Shown piece after piece: positions 45,034 to 53,846 of a stretch of DNA of 64,000 nt. The notes below the pieces were generated by a model, which was not told where the DNA came from, made no database searches, and was given only the letters and a program-made list of their open reading frames with translations. The translations under genes were made by a program, and so were the position numbers. The stretch comes from Actinomycetota bacterium (lineage in GTDB: Bacteria; Actinomycetota; Acidimicrobiia; Acidimicrobiales; UBA10347): assembly GCA_039028435.1 (NCBI GenBank), contig JBCCIC010000011.1:102761-166760 (forward strand), given 5' to 3'. How positions within the stretch are numbered: position 1 is the stretch's first letter; every line of letters starts with the position of its first letter.

Positions 45034-46086
45034 GTGCGTATTCTCCACTTCCCGTCGAACACCGGAAACCATCCGGCCGGTTTGGTCGAGGCCGAGCGAG
45101 CGATGGGCCTCGACAGCGAACTCGTCGTCGTCGAGGCCAACCGCTTCTACACCGGAAGCAGCGGCCAGGTGAAGGTCACGAACCTGGTCGCAGACGAAAC
45201 ACCAACCGTGCGGCGGTGGTTGGCTCGGCTCCGCTTCATGCGGCAAGCGGCGGCGACCTACGACGTTTTCCACTTCAACAAGGGCGAGACCTTCATCCCG
45301 GGTTCCCTGCCGTTCGTGTTTGATCTGTGGTGGTTGCGCCGTAAGGGCAAGCGCACGACGGTGACCTTTCAGGGATCCGATGCACGTCCGCACATGGTGG
45401 GCGCGCCTCGCACCCGACGAGTGCCAACGGTCGTCACCAACTGGATCAAGCGGATGCGGATCCGCCAGATCGTCCGATGGGCCGACGCCACGTTCTGCCT
45501 GAATCCCGACTTACTCCAGCAAGTTCCCGGCTCGACGTTCCTGCCCTACGCATCGGTTGACCCCAGTCGGCTCACCCCCTCCCCGAAGCCTGAACCGGGG
45601 GATGGTCGAGTGTTCCGAGTCATCCATGCGCCGACGAATCGAACCCTGAAAGGCACCGAGGCCATCATCGAGGCCGTGCACGAGGCGGCCGGATCGGTCG
45701 AGATCGAGCTGGATCTCGTCGAGAACGTGCACCACGACCAGGTCGTCGAACGCATTCGTCGCGCGGACCTGGCGATCGACCAGTTGGTCCTCGGGTGGTA
45801 CGGCGGCTTCGCGGTGGAATGCATGGCCCTCGGAACCCCGGTCGTTGCGTGGCTCGACCCGTCGCACCTCGCCGCCGCTCCCGACGCGCTGGCACAGAAC
45901 ATGCCGGTCCTCAGCGTGCGAGGCGACGATCTCGGCGCGACCTTGACCACGCTCGCGTCGGAGGCAGGTGCAGCCCAACGATCGATCGCCGCCTCGAGCG
46001 GCCGCACATTCGTGACGTCCTGGCATACGCCGAGCGACGTCGCCCGCAGGCTGCTCGCCGCGGTCGCTGACGCTCCGAGCGACTAG
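45034..46086 (+). CDS. GT-B-like glycosyltransferase paralogue
   Basis: MRILHFPSNTGNHPAG...VIHAPTNRTLKGTEAII...LAIDQLVLGWYGGFAVECMALGTPVV. Confidence 0.6.
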   Translation: MRILHFPSNTGNHPAGLVEAERAMGLDSELVVVEANRFYTGSSGQVKVTNLVADETPTVRRWLARLRFMRQAAATYDVFHFNKGETFIPGSLPFVFDLWWLRRKGKRTTVTFQGSDARPHMVGAPRTRRVPTVVTNWIKRMRIRQIVRWADATFCLNPDLLQQVPGSTFLPYASVDPSRLTPSPKPEPGDGRVFRVIHAPTNRTLKGTEAIIEAVHEAAGSVEIELDLVENVHHDQVVERIRRADLAIDQLVLGWYGGFAVECMALGTPVVAWLDPSHLAAAPDALAQNMPVLSVRGDDLGATLTTLASEAGAAQRSIAASSGRTFVTSWHTPSDVARRLLAAVADAPSD

Positions 46087-46203
46087 CGGCGAGTAGGTCA
46101 CGAGACACCCCGAAGGCACAGCCCCGTGCGAGCGCAGTACGGTTGGTGATCTGCGTCGTTCCCAGACCACGGAACTCATTACGATTTACCGGGAAGGACA
46201 ATC

Positions 46204-47898
46204 ATGACCAAGCCTCGTCGAATGCTCGCGGGTGTGCTGGCCACACTCCTGCTCCTGCTGCCAGCTGTAGGACGAGCGGCTCCGGCGGCTGCGCTTTCCC
46301 CGCTCGACACGCAGCTTCTGACCCTGCTGAACAACCACCGCACGAGCCTCGGCCTCAGCCCGTTCATCGAGTGGACCAGCTTCAGCAATGCCGCTCTCGC
46401 ATGGTCCCAGGTCATGTCTCAGGGAACCGTCACGAGCACGACCTGTGACATCACGCCCGGCTCGTTCCGGCATGACTCGAATGCCAACATCGGCTCCCAG
46501 GGTGTACCGCCCGGCACGACCTCCGCCGCAGAGAACATCGCGTGGGGGTGCGGTATCCCGGGCACGGCGTTCAACTACACATGGAACTCACCAAATTCGC
46601 GTCCCGCGGCCTGCCAAGTTGCGACGCTCGACTACACGACCGCGCTACGCGTCTTCTGCGGTTGGATGGCGTCCACGCAGGGACACCGGCAGGCGATTGA
46701 GAACCCCGCCCACACCTACGTCGGGCTCGGGAGCGTCGCCGTCAACTCCGCCAGCGGCTTCCAGCAGGTCTGGTCGACCGCACGGTTCGCGGCAGCGCCC
46801 GCACTGCCGATGTGTGACGGCAAGGTGCCAACCCACGACATGAACGTTCTGGGCGTCAACGTGCTGACCGCGACGAACGGCGACGACGTCATTCTCGGGA
46901 CCCCGCTCGCCGACACGATCGTCGGCCTCAGCGGCAACGACACGATCTGCGGCATGGGCGGCAATGATGTTCTCTGGGGAGGTCCCGGTGCGAACCGGAT
47001 CTTCGGCAACGATGCGGATGACACCATTCTCGGTGGCGACGACGCCGAATTCATCCGCGCCGGAGCCGGCAACGACACGGTGTGGGGCGGCGGCGGTGCC
47101 GACGACATCGACGGCGAAGCGGGCAACGACTCGCTCAACGGCCAAGGTGGCAACGACGTGATCCGGGGCTCCGCGGGTGACGACACACTGCTCGGTCACG
47201 AAGGGACCGACACGATGTACGGCGACGCCGGCAATGATGCCCTCTGGGGATTCGACGACCCCGACAGCCTCCTCGGTGGACCGGGGAACGACCTGCTCGT
47301 GGGAATGAATGGCAACGACACCCTGCTCGGCGAAGGCGGCTTCGACACCCTCGTGGGCAACCACGGCAACGACAACATGCTCGGCGGCGCCGATGGCGAT
47401 GTCCTCTGGGGCCTCGATGGCCACGACACCCTCGACGGCGGTCCTGGCAACGACACCCTGCTTGGCTGGGCCGGCAATGACACTGCTCGCGGCGGACCGG
47501 GCATCGACAACATCCTCGGCGAGGTCGGCAACGACTTCCTCTACGGCGACGACGATCTCGATCTGATCTGGGGCGGGGTCGGCGACGACCAACTGTTTGG
47601 CGGCAACGGCGACGACATCCTGCAGGGCGAAGACGGTGTCGACCAGATCCAAGGCCAGGCCGGCAACGACACCCTGCTCGGCGACATCGCCCCCGGACTC
47701 GGCGGCGTCGGATTCGCCGACTGGATGCTCGGTGGCGACGGGAACGACGTCCTGTGGGGCTTCGGAGGCAACGACACCCTCGGTGGAGGCAATGGCAACG
47801 ACGCCCTACTCGGCGGCAGTGGCACCGACAGTTGCGATGGCGGCAGCGGCGTGGACTCGACCGACGGACTCTGCGAGAACGCCACGGCGATCCCGTGA
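46204..47898 (+). CDS. Secreted protein with a Sec signal peptide, a CAP/SCP/PR-1-like domain and a long RTX-type (GGxGxD) calcium-binding beta-roll
   Basis: Signal MTKPRRMLAGVLATLLLLLPAVGRAAPAAA. CAP-like LLNNHRTSLGL...AENIAWG...GHRQAIENPAHTYVGLG. Then about 30 nonapeptide repeats (GGPGNDTLLG, GGNGDDILQG and similar). Confidence 0.82.
   Translation: MTKPRRMLAGVLATLLLLLPAVGRAAPAAALSPLDTQLLTLLNNHRTSLGLSPFIEWTSFSNAALAWSQVMSQGTVTSTTCDITPGSFRHDSNANIGSQGVPPGTTSAAENIAWGCGIPGTAFNYTWNSPNSRPAACQVATLDYTTALRVFCGWMASTQGHRQAIENPAHTYVGLGSVAVNSASGFQQVWSTARFAAAPALPMCDGKVPTHDMNVLGVNVLTATNGDDVILGTPLADTIVGLSGNDTICGMGGNDVLWGGPGANRIFGNDADDTILGGDDAEFIRAGAGNDTVWGGGGADDIDGEAGNDSLNGQGGNDVIRGSAGDDTLLGHEGTDTMYGDAGNDALWGFDDPDSLLGGPGNDLLVGMNGNDTLLGEGGFDTLVGNHGNDNMLGGADGDVLWGLDGHDTLDGGPGNDTLLGWAGNDTARGGPGIDNILGEVGNDFLYGDDDLDLIWGGVGDDQLFGGNGDDILQGEDGVDQIQGQAGNDTLLGDIAPGLGGVGFADWMLGGDGNDVLWGFGGNDTLGGGNGNDALLGGSGTDSCDGGSGVDSTDGLCENATAIP
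46873..47850 (+). repeat. RTX/hemolysin-type nonapeptide repeat array (coding); boundaries approximate
   Basis: Recurrent G-x-D-D/T-L/I-x-G-G-x-G-N-D periodicity is visible throughout the translated region. Confidence 0.75.
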
Positions 47899-47910
47899 GC
47901 CTCGGCGGCG

Positions 47911-50745
47911 TCAGCCCTGCGCGCTCGTCAGTCGGTAGTCGCCGCCGAAGTACTCGAGCGCCATGGCGTTCATGTCCTCGACTTCGCTGAGGCCGGTCTC
48001 GAGTTCATTGAAGAAGCTCAGATTGCCCAGCCTCCGCCGAGCGGTCGTGGTGACCTCGAGATCGAGGCGCACGGGAAGCTCGTTGCCGGCCATGTCGTGG
48101 ATGGTGAAATCGACGCTCACCTGACCGTCAACGACCTGCAGGTCGTGGAAGTCCTGGGTGAACGCGCGCACCGAGATGAACTCGCCCACGCGGTCGTAGA
48201 CCTGACCGTCGACCCGATACCCGAACGCCACGTCGTCGGGGTGAATGCGCAGGTCCGACAATGACGGCCGCAGGATGAAGTACGGCGCCTCGTCGTCTGC
48301 GAACACGGCCGAACCGTGTTGTCCGATCTGCCAGGACCCGTCAGCGGCGATCCCGACTTCGTCGGCGAGCCGGAAGTTCTCCCAAGCACCCGGGTACTGC
48401 AGCCGGAACTTCGCCGTGTACTGCTGGGCTGCGGTCAGTTCTGCGGTCGAGGACGTCGCACCGGCGGCGGGTGCCGTCACCAACCCGTCGAGTTCGACGA
48501 CGCTCGAGTACGCGTTGCTGTCCGGAAACGACGCAGCGTCACTCGGGATGACGACACCACCGACGCTGATACCGAACCGGTCAAACATCTCGCTGGTGGT
48601 CATTCCGCCGAACTCGGAGCTGACCGAACGATCGAATGGGATGGTGTCGGCATGCTGCGAAGGAAAGTAGAGCCGCAGGGCATCGTCACTGAGCCACAGC
48701 AGACGGTCGTCACCGAGCAGCAGCGACAGGTCGCCATTCACCGGTACGCGCAGATCGAGCATCTCGATGGTCTGCTCGGTGTCTGCGCCGAACGCGACCT
48801 CCGAGAACTCGAGGTAGCGACCGGCCTTGGTTGGTGGAGCGACTTGCACGCCGATGACATCACCGAACGACGTGCGGTGAATCGCGTTGAGACCGCGCGT
48901 CGGTGCCACGTACCCGATCGCGAACCCGTCGATCTCCGCCTGGTCCACGAAGATGTTCTCGGCCATCGTGTTGGTACCGATGCCGATGCCGGTCGGGTAC
49001 TCGGTGCCCTGCTCCAGCTGCAGGTTCAGCAGATCGATGTCCCGGGCGTAGAACACATTGATGCCCTGGTAAGCAACATCCGCGACGCGAAGACCGTCGA
49101 CGGCGCTCCGGGCCCCCGAGGTCGAGTCGAGCTTGTGGACCCAGATCTCGAGGCCGGCGAGCGACGACAGCACCGTGTTGTCCACGTAGCGGAAACTCAC
49201 ATCGGAGATCGAAACGACGTCCTTGCCCGGTTGGCTGTCACCAGCATCGAGATTTCCCTCGGGGAAGTAGAGGTAGCTGCCCTGCTCGTAGAGCGGGTAA
49301 CCGAACAGCACGATCCCCATCCCGGCATGCCCTGCGGCCCAGTTGCCCGAGAGTTCGACCGCCGCACTCGTCATCCAGAATCCGTGGCCCTGGTGGCCGA
49401 AGTCCTGCGCCGCGTCGCGATCACGGATCAGTGCTCCCGAGCCGGCCGACCTCACCGCCAGGTTGTTGCGGAATGCGCCGAGCTCGGTGCCGTTCTCGGT
49501 GAAGAAGTGCGCACCATCGTTGTCGTACCCGATGTTGCCCGTGGCGACGAGATGTCCGCCGTGGTTCACCAGGCCATGTTTGGGGCTACCGCTGATGACG
49601 GACCCGTGCACGACGTGAGGTGCATTCGAAGCCCGCGCGCCCGTTCGCATGTGGAAGTGCAGTCCGTAGCGCCCGATGGTGTTGGCATCGGTCCCCTCGA
49701 TGAGCGCACCCGCCGGGCCGACGGTTGGGACTGTGTGGACTTCGGTGGTGTCGGTGCGGCCAAGGTTCTCGAACGCGGCGTAGGCGATCCGGACCGCCTC
49801 GTGGCGGTGCATGATCATTGCGTGTCCGCGGTCCGCCACCTGCTCCGTGGTCATCGACGCCACGACCACGTTGCGCGTCAGGTTGGCGACGGGCACCGAT
49901 CCGATCTCGGCGAGCGCTACGTGGTCGAAGGCCAACGGTTCTTCGAGTACGACCTCTCGACCGTCGTCCCGAAGCTCGGCGATCAGCCGAATCTCGTCAT
50001 TGACCGTGCCCCAGTTCGGGTCGGCGAAGAGCAGGCGGTCACCCACCGCCCACCCGACCGGAGCCTCCTCGAACATCACGCTCGCTGGGCCGGCACGCAG
50101 CGGTGACGAAGGTACGGCGTAGGGCGTTCGTTCGGCGCCGTTGATCTCCAGATCGCCGTGTACCAGAAGGCCGCCGCCGAGGTCGAAGGTGTCCGCATCG
50201 CGTGCCGCGGCCGCTCTCGGCAGGATGTCGATGTGGGCGGCGGCGGACGGCGCAATCGGCGCCTGCTCGGTACCGATCTCGAGGCGCCCGCCTTCGGAGA
50301 CGATCAGCGTGGTAGCAGCCAAGCGGGTGTCATCGGTCGGCGAGAAACGGAGGCTGCCATCGACCCGGACCCACCCATACTCGGCCTCGATCCTCTCGGC
50401 GATCGTGACCACGACATCGGGTGGGATCAACACCTGTGCGTCCCGCGCCGGAACATCGCCTCCGAACCACGTGGTCGGATCGCTCCAATCCCCGTCCTTC
50501 ACGGCCACGGAACTGACGTCGCGATCCAGCGCCAAGCCGAGCAGCGATTCGTGCTCGTCGAACAGCTGCGGGCTGGAGTGCGGGTTGAGCAGATGCCCGT
50601 AGCTTGCGACGGTTGCCGCGACCCGCTCCTGGTCGGCGGTCAGGTCACGAGGCCCGGTCGCCTCGCCACTGCAGGCGACCAGTACGTGCGCGAGCACCAT
50701 CAGGCCGAGTGCCCACGAGCAACGAAGGCCCGGCTGCGAAGGCAT
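47911..50745 (-). CDS. Lipoprotein with a G8 domain and a right-handed beta-helix-like region (candidate glycan hydrolase or lyase)
   Basis: Lipobox LAHVLVAC|SG. G8-type motif GDWSDPTTWFGGDVPARDAQVLIPPDVVVTI...VRVDGSLRF. The central region has repeated G-rich turns (GHLVATGNIGYDNDGAHFF, NWAAGHAGMGIVLFG). Confidence 0.7.
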   Translation of the reverse strand: MPSQPGLRCSWALGLMVLAHVLVACSGEATGPRDLTADQERVAATVASYGHLLNPHSSPQLFDEHESLLGLALDRDVSSVAVKDGDWSDPTTWFGGDVPARDAQVLIPPDVVVTIAERIEAEYGWVRVDGSLRFSPTDDTRLAATTLIVSEGGRLEIGTEQAPIAPSAAAHIDILPRAAAARDADTFDLGGGLLVHGDLEINGAERTPYAVPSSPLRAGPASVMFEEAPVGWAVGDRLLFADPNWGTVNDEIRLIAELRDDGREVVLEEPLAFDHVALAEIGSVPVANLTRNVVVASMTTEQVADRGHAMIMHRHEAVRIAYAAFENLGRTDTTEVHTVPTVGPAGALIEGTDANTIGRYGLHFHMRTGARASNAPHVVHGSVISGSPKHGLVNHGGHLVATGNIGYDNDGAHFFTENGTELGAFRNNLAVRSAGSGALIRDRDAAQDFGHQGHGFWMTSAAVELSGNWAAGHAGMGIVLFGYPLYEQGSYLYFPEGNLDAGDSQPGKDVVSISDVSFRYVDNTVLSSLAGLEIWVHKLDSTSGARSAVDGLRVADVAYQGINVFYARDIDLLNLQLEQGTEYPTGIGIGTNTMAENIFVDQAEIDGFAIGYVAPTRGLNAIHRTSFGDVIGVQVAPPTKAGRYLEFSEVAFGADTEQTIEMLDLRVPVNGDLSLLLGDDRLLWLSDDALRLYFPSQHADTIPFDRSVSSEFGGMTTSEMFDRFGISVGGVVIPSDAASFPDSNAYSSVVELDGLVTAPAAGATSSTAELTAAQQYTAKFRLQYPGAWENFRLADEVGIAADGSWQIGQHGSAVFADDEAPYFILRPSLSDLRIHPDDVAFGYRVDGQVYDRVGEFISVRAFTQDFHDLQVVDGQVSVDFTIHDMAGNELPVRLDLEVTTTARRRLGNLSFFNELETGLSEVEDMNAMALEYFGGDYRLTSAQG

Positions 50746-50783
50746 CGTGCGCTCCTCTCGCTCCCGACTCCTAACGATCGAGA

Positions 50784-52763
50784 CTAGTCACTCACGCTCG
50801 TCGCGGTCGGGGTGCAGAAGTGGCGCTGGATGTACTCGAGCGAGATCAGCGACCAGATCAGTAACCGGTTGTTCCGTTGTCCTGACACGTGTTGCTCGAC
50901 CAGGTTGGAAACCCCCTGCTGGTTGAACCACGGACGCGCCATGGTGACCGGATCGAAGAGGACTTCCTTGACGTAGTCGAGTGACTCGCCGCGGTACCAG
51001 TTCTCGTCAGGTGGCGAGAACCCTCGCTTCTTCTGCGAGGTGTAGCTGGCCGGGAGGAAGCTCGTCATCGCTTCGCGTAGTAACAGCTTGCCACCCACGG
51101 AGTCGAGGAAGCCCGTTGGGTTCGCCAGCAGGACCTCGACATCGAACTTCGCTTGTGTGGGAAGCGACCATGCATAGTCGGCGAGGGCGTTGTCGAGGAA
51201 CGGCACCCGGGTTTCCAACGAATGAGCCATCGAAACGTGGTCGTCGGTGACGAGCAGCCCGTTCAGGAAGGTCTTGAACTCGAACCGCAGCACGGCCTCG
51301 GTGAGGTTCATGGGAGAGCCGGCCTCGCCCGGCGAGTCCTCGATCGCACGATGCACGATCCGATCGAATGCCGATCGTGCATCGCTCCGATGGGCATCGA
51401 CCTCCGGGGCCAACAGATCGGACATCTCAGCCGGCGGAACGAGCCGATGCCAGGCCTCGAAGAGGTCGTCGGAGAACGACTCGATCGACGTGGCCTGCAC
51501 GCCGCTGCGATAGCGCCACGGATACCCACCGAAGAGCTCGTCGCCACCGGTGCCGGCCATGCACACCTTGACGAACTTGCTCGCCAGCTTCGACGTGTAC
51601 CAGCTCGGGTAACACATGCCGACCCGCGGGTCATCCATGTGCCACGTGAGCTTCTCCATCGCTGCGGGCATGTCCCCACTCTTGAGCACGACCGAGTAGT
51701 GCTCGGTCTGCAGCAGGTACGACAGCTGTTCGGCCAGACGACGCTCGTCGTTGCCCTGCTCGATGCCGTCGACGTTGGTCAGGTCGAAGCCACCGGTGAA
51801 CGTATGAAGTCGCGGAATTGACTGGCCGGTCACGGCGACGATCGAGCCGCTGTCCATACCTCCGGACAAGAACGAACCGACCGGCACGTCGCTGATCAAT
51901 TGCCGGGTGACGGCCGCTTCGAACAGCTCCGACAATCGGACGGGATCCGGGTCGACGACATCGTCGACGATCGAGTAGCCGCGATGGAATTCGGTGATCT
52001 GCGGCGCCGTCCGATTGCCAGGAGTCATTCGCAGCACATGGCCGGCCGGGAGCAGGAAGACGCCCTTCCAGATCGTCTCGTCGCGCAAGACGTTCTGGAA
52101 GGTGCAGTACTCGGCGATTCCGGCAGGATCGAGTTCCGCAGCGACGAGACCGGAAGCGAACAGTGCCTTTGCTTCGGAGGCGAACAACAGGAAGTCGTCG
52201 GTCAGCGTCCAATAGAGCGGCTTGACGCCGAATCGATCGCGCGCCACCAACAGGTCGTTGGTGTGCTGGTCGTAGATCGCCATCGCGAACATGCCGTCGA
52301 GATCGTTGAGACCGTCGAGGCCACGGCGCCGCACGTGGTTGAGCACGACTTCGGTGTCGGACTCGGTGCGCAGGGTCGCCCCGTCGGACAGCACCCGAGT
52401 GCGGAGATCCGGATAGTTGTAGGTCTCGCCGTTGTAGGCGATCCACGCCGAGTCATCCGGAACCGACATCGGCTGATGACCGGAGGGACCCGGGTCGATG
52501 ATGCCAAGCCGTCGATGACCGAACCCGATCAGCGATGCCGTCGACGCGATGTGCGCTGCGGCGGCATCGTCCAGAACGGGTCGCTCCGGATGCAACCAAG
52601 CGAAGTCCGGATCGACGAAGGATGCAGGTCGCTGGTCCGGTCCGAGGAAGACGTAGCCGGCATCGTCCGGACCCCGGTGCACCTGTACGTCGGCCATCGC
52701 TCGAACTCGCCGTGCATCGACCGGAGCCCCGGAGCGGGAGACGATCCCAACGATTCCGCACAT
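50784..52763 (-). CDS. Asparagine synthase (glutamine-hydrolysing) family amidotransferase (AsnB/WbpS-like)
   Basis: N-terminal nucleophile MCGIVGI...HRGPDD...YNGETYNY. Synthetase PP-loop SFLSGGMDSGSI. Start at ATG 52763. Confidence 0.88.
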   Translation of the reverse strand: MCGIVGIVSRSGAPVDARRVRAMADVQVHRGPDDAGYVFLGPDQRPASFVDPDFAWLHPERPVLDDAAAAHIASTASLIGFGHRRLGIIDPGPSGHQPMSVPDDSAWIAYNGETYNYPDLRTRVLSDGATLRTESDTEVVLNHVRRRGLDGLNDLDGMFAMAIYDQHTNDLLVARDRFGVKPLYWTLTDDFLLFASEAKALFASGLVAAELDPAGIAEYCTFQNVLRDETIWKGVFLLPAGHVLRMTPGNRTAPQITEFHRGYSIVDDVVDPDPVRLSELFEAAVTRQLISDVPVGSFLSGGMDSGSIVAVTGQSIPRLHTFTGGFDLTNVDGIEQGNDERRLAEQLSYLLQTEHYSVVLKSGDMPAAMEKLTWHMDDPRVGMCYPSWYTSKLASKFVKVCMAGTGGDELFGGYPWRYRSGVQATSIESFSDDLFEAWHRLVPPAEMSDLLAPEVDAHRSDARSAFDRIVHRAIEDSPGEAGSPMNLTEAVLRFEFKTFLNGLLVTDDHVSMAHSLETRVPFLDNALADYAWSLPTQAKFDVEVLLANPTGFLDSVGGKLLLREAMTSFLPASYTSQKKRGFSPPDENWYRGESLDYVKEVLFDPVTMARPWFNQQGVSNLVEQHVSGQRNNRLLIWSLISLEYIQRHFCTPTATSVSD

Positions 52764-52767
52764 GGCT

Positions 52768-53781
52768 TCAGGCCTTGCCGGCGGCCTCGGCTTGACGCTC
52801 CGCCAGTCCAGCCTTGTCGGATTCGCGCCATGCGATGACCTGCTCGAGACCTTCGCGGAGGCCGACGTTGGCGTCGAACGCAATCTGCTCGCGAGCCTTC
52901 TCGGGGCACCCGATGCGGTTCTTCACGAACGTCTGGCCACCCGGCTCGTACTGGATCTCCAGATCACTCCCGGTGACGTCGAGAATCATCTCCGCCAGTT
53001 CCTTGATCGTGGTGCGAATGCCCGTCCCGACGTTGTAGTACTCGTTGGTCGTCTCGGCCTTCATTGCGCACACGTTGGCCTCAGCGCAATCGGTCACGTA
53101 GACGAAGTCGTAGGCCTGTGACCCGTCGCCGTAGACGATGGGCGGCAGACCCTGGTCGAGCCGGTCGAGGATCTTCATGATCACCGCGATGTACGCGCCG
53201 TTGTAATCCTGCCGTGAGCCGTACACATTCATGTACCGCAGCCCGACGAAGTCGAACTCGTTCTCGGTGCCCAGATACCGGTGGTAGAGCGACGTGCACA
53301 TCTGCTCCCCGGCCACCTTGGTCGCACCATAGAAGTTGGTGTTGTTGTGCGGGTGGTCCTCCTGCATCGGCTCGGTCACGGCATCGCCGTAGACCGATGC
53401 CGAGCTCGAGTACACCAACCGCTCGACGTCGTTGCGATAGCAAGCCTCGAGCACGTTGAAGGTGCCTTCGACATTGACCTTCAGCGCCGACCTCGGATAG
53501 TCCCAGCAGTGCAGGAGCCAGAGCGCCGCGAAATGAAAGACACCGTCGATGCCTTCCATAGCCGCGGTGAGGATGTCCGGATGGGTGATGTCACCACCGT
53601 GGGGGTAGATCGATACCCGCGGATCGACCAGCGCCGCCTCGATGTTCGAATGCCGGCCGCGGGTGAAGTTGTCGAAGATGACCAGTTCGGCCAAGTCCTC
53701 CTCGAGCAACCGGTCGACGGTGTGTGAGCCAATCAGCCCGGCCCCACCGATGGCCATGATCCTCTTGCCTGCGAGATCCAC
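52768..53781 (-). CDS. NAD-dependent nucleotide-sugar epimerase/dehydratase (SDR)
   Basis: IMAIGGAGLIGSHTV (GxxGxxG) and YGATKVAGE (YxxxK). Confidence 0.85.
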   Translation of the reverse strand: MDLAGKRIMAIGGAGLIGSHTVDRLLEEDLAELVIFDNFTRGRHSNIEAALVDPRVSIYPHGGDITHPDILTAAMEGIDGVFHFAALWLLHCWDYPRSALKVNVEGTFNVLEACYRNDVERLVYSSSASVYGDAVTEPMQEDHPHNNTNFYGATKVAGEQMCTSLYHRYLGTENEFDFVGLRYMNVYGSRQDYNGAYIAVIMKILDRLDQGLPPIVYGDGSQAYDFVYVTDCAEANVCAMKAETTNEYYNVGTGIRTTIKELAEMILDVTGSDLEIQYEPGGQTFVKNRIGCPEKAREQIAFDANVGLREGLEQVIAWRESDKAGLAERQAEAAGKA

Positions 53782-53846
53782 TCGGACGTCCCCTGTGTCG
53801 GTTCAAACCCCGAAGTCTATGGGATCGTCACCAGCTCCCAGTTCGA

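Noticed and set aside
48316-50106. 596-aa plus ORF, with similar long ORFs at 53898..55697(+), 59784..60929(+), 60997..61947(+), 46645..47652(-) and 26609..27694(-)
   Set aside because: All are antisense or out-of-frame partners of genes with recognisable domains (G8 protein, methyltransferase fusion, wzm, flavoprotein-like gene, RTX protein, acidic protein). All have the Arg/Gly/Asp/His-rich composition of shadow frames.
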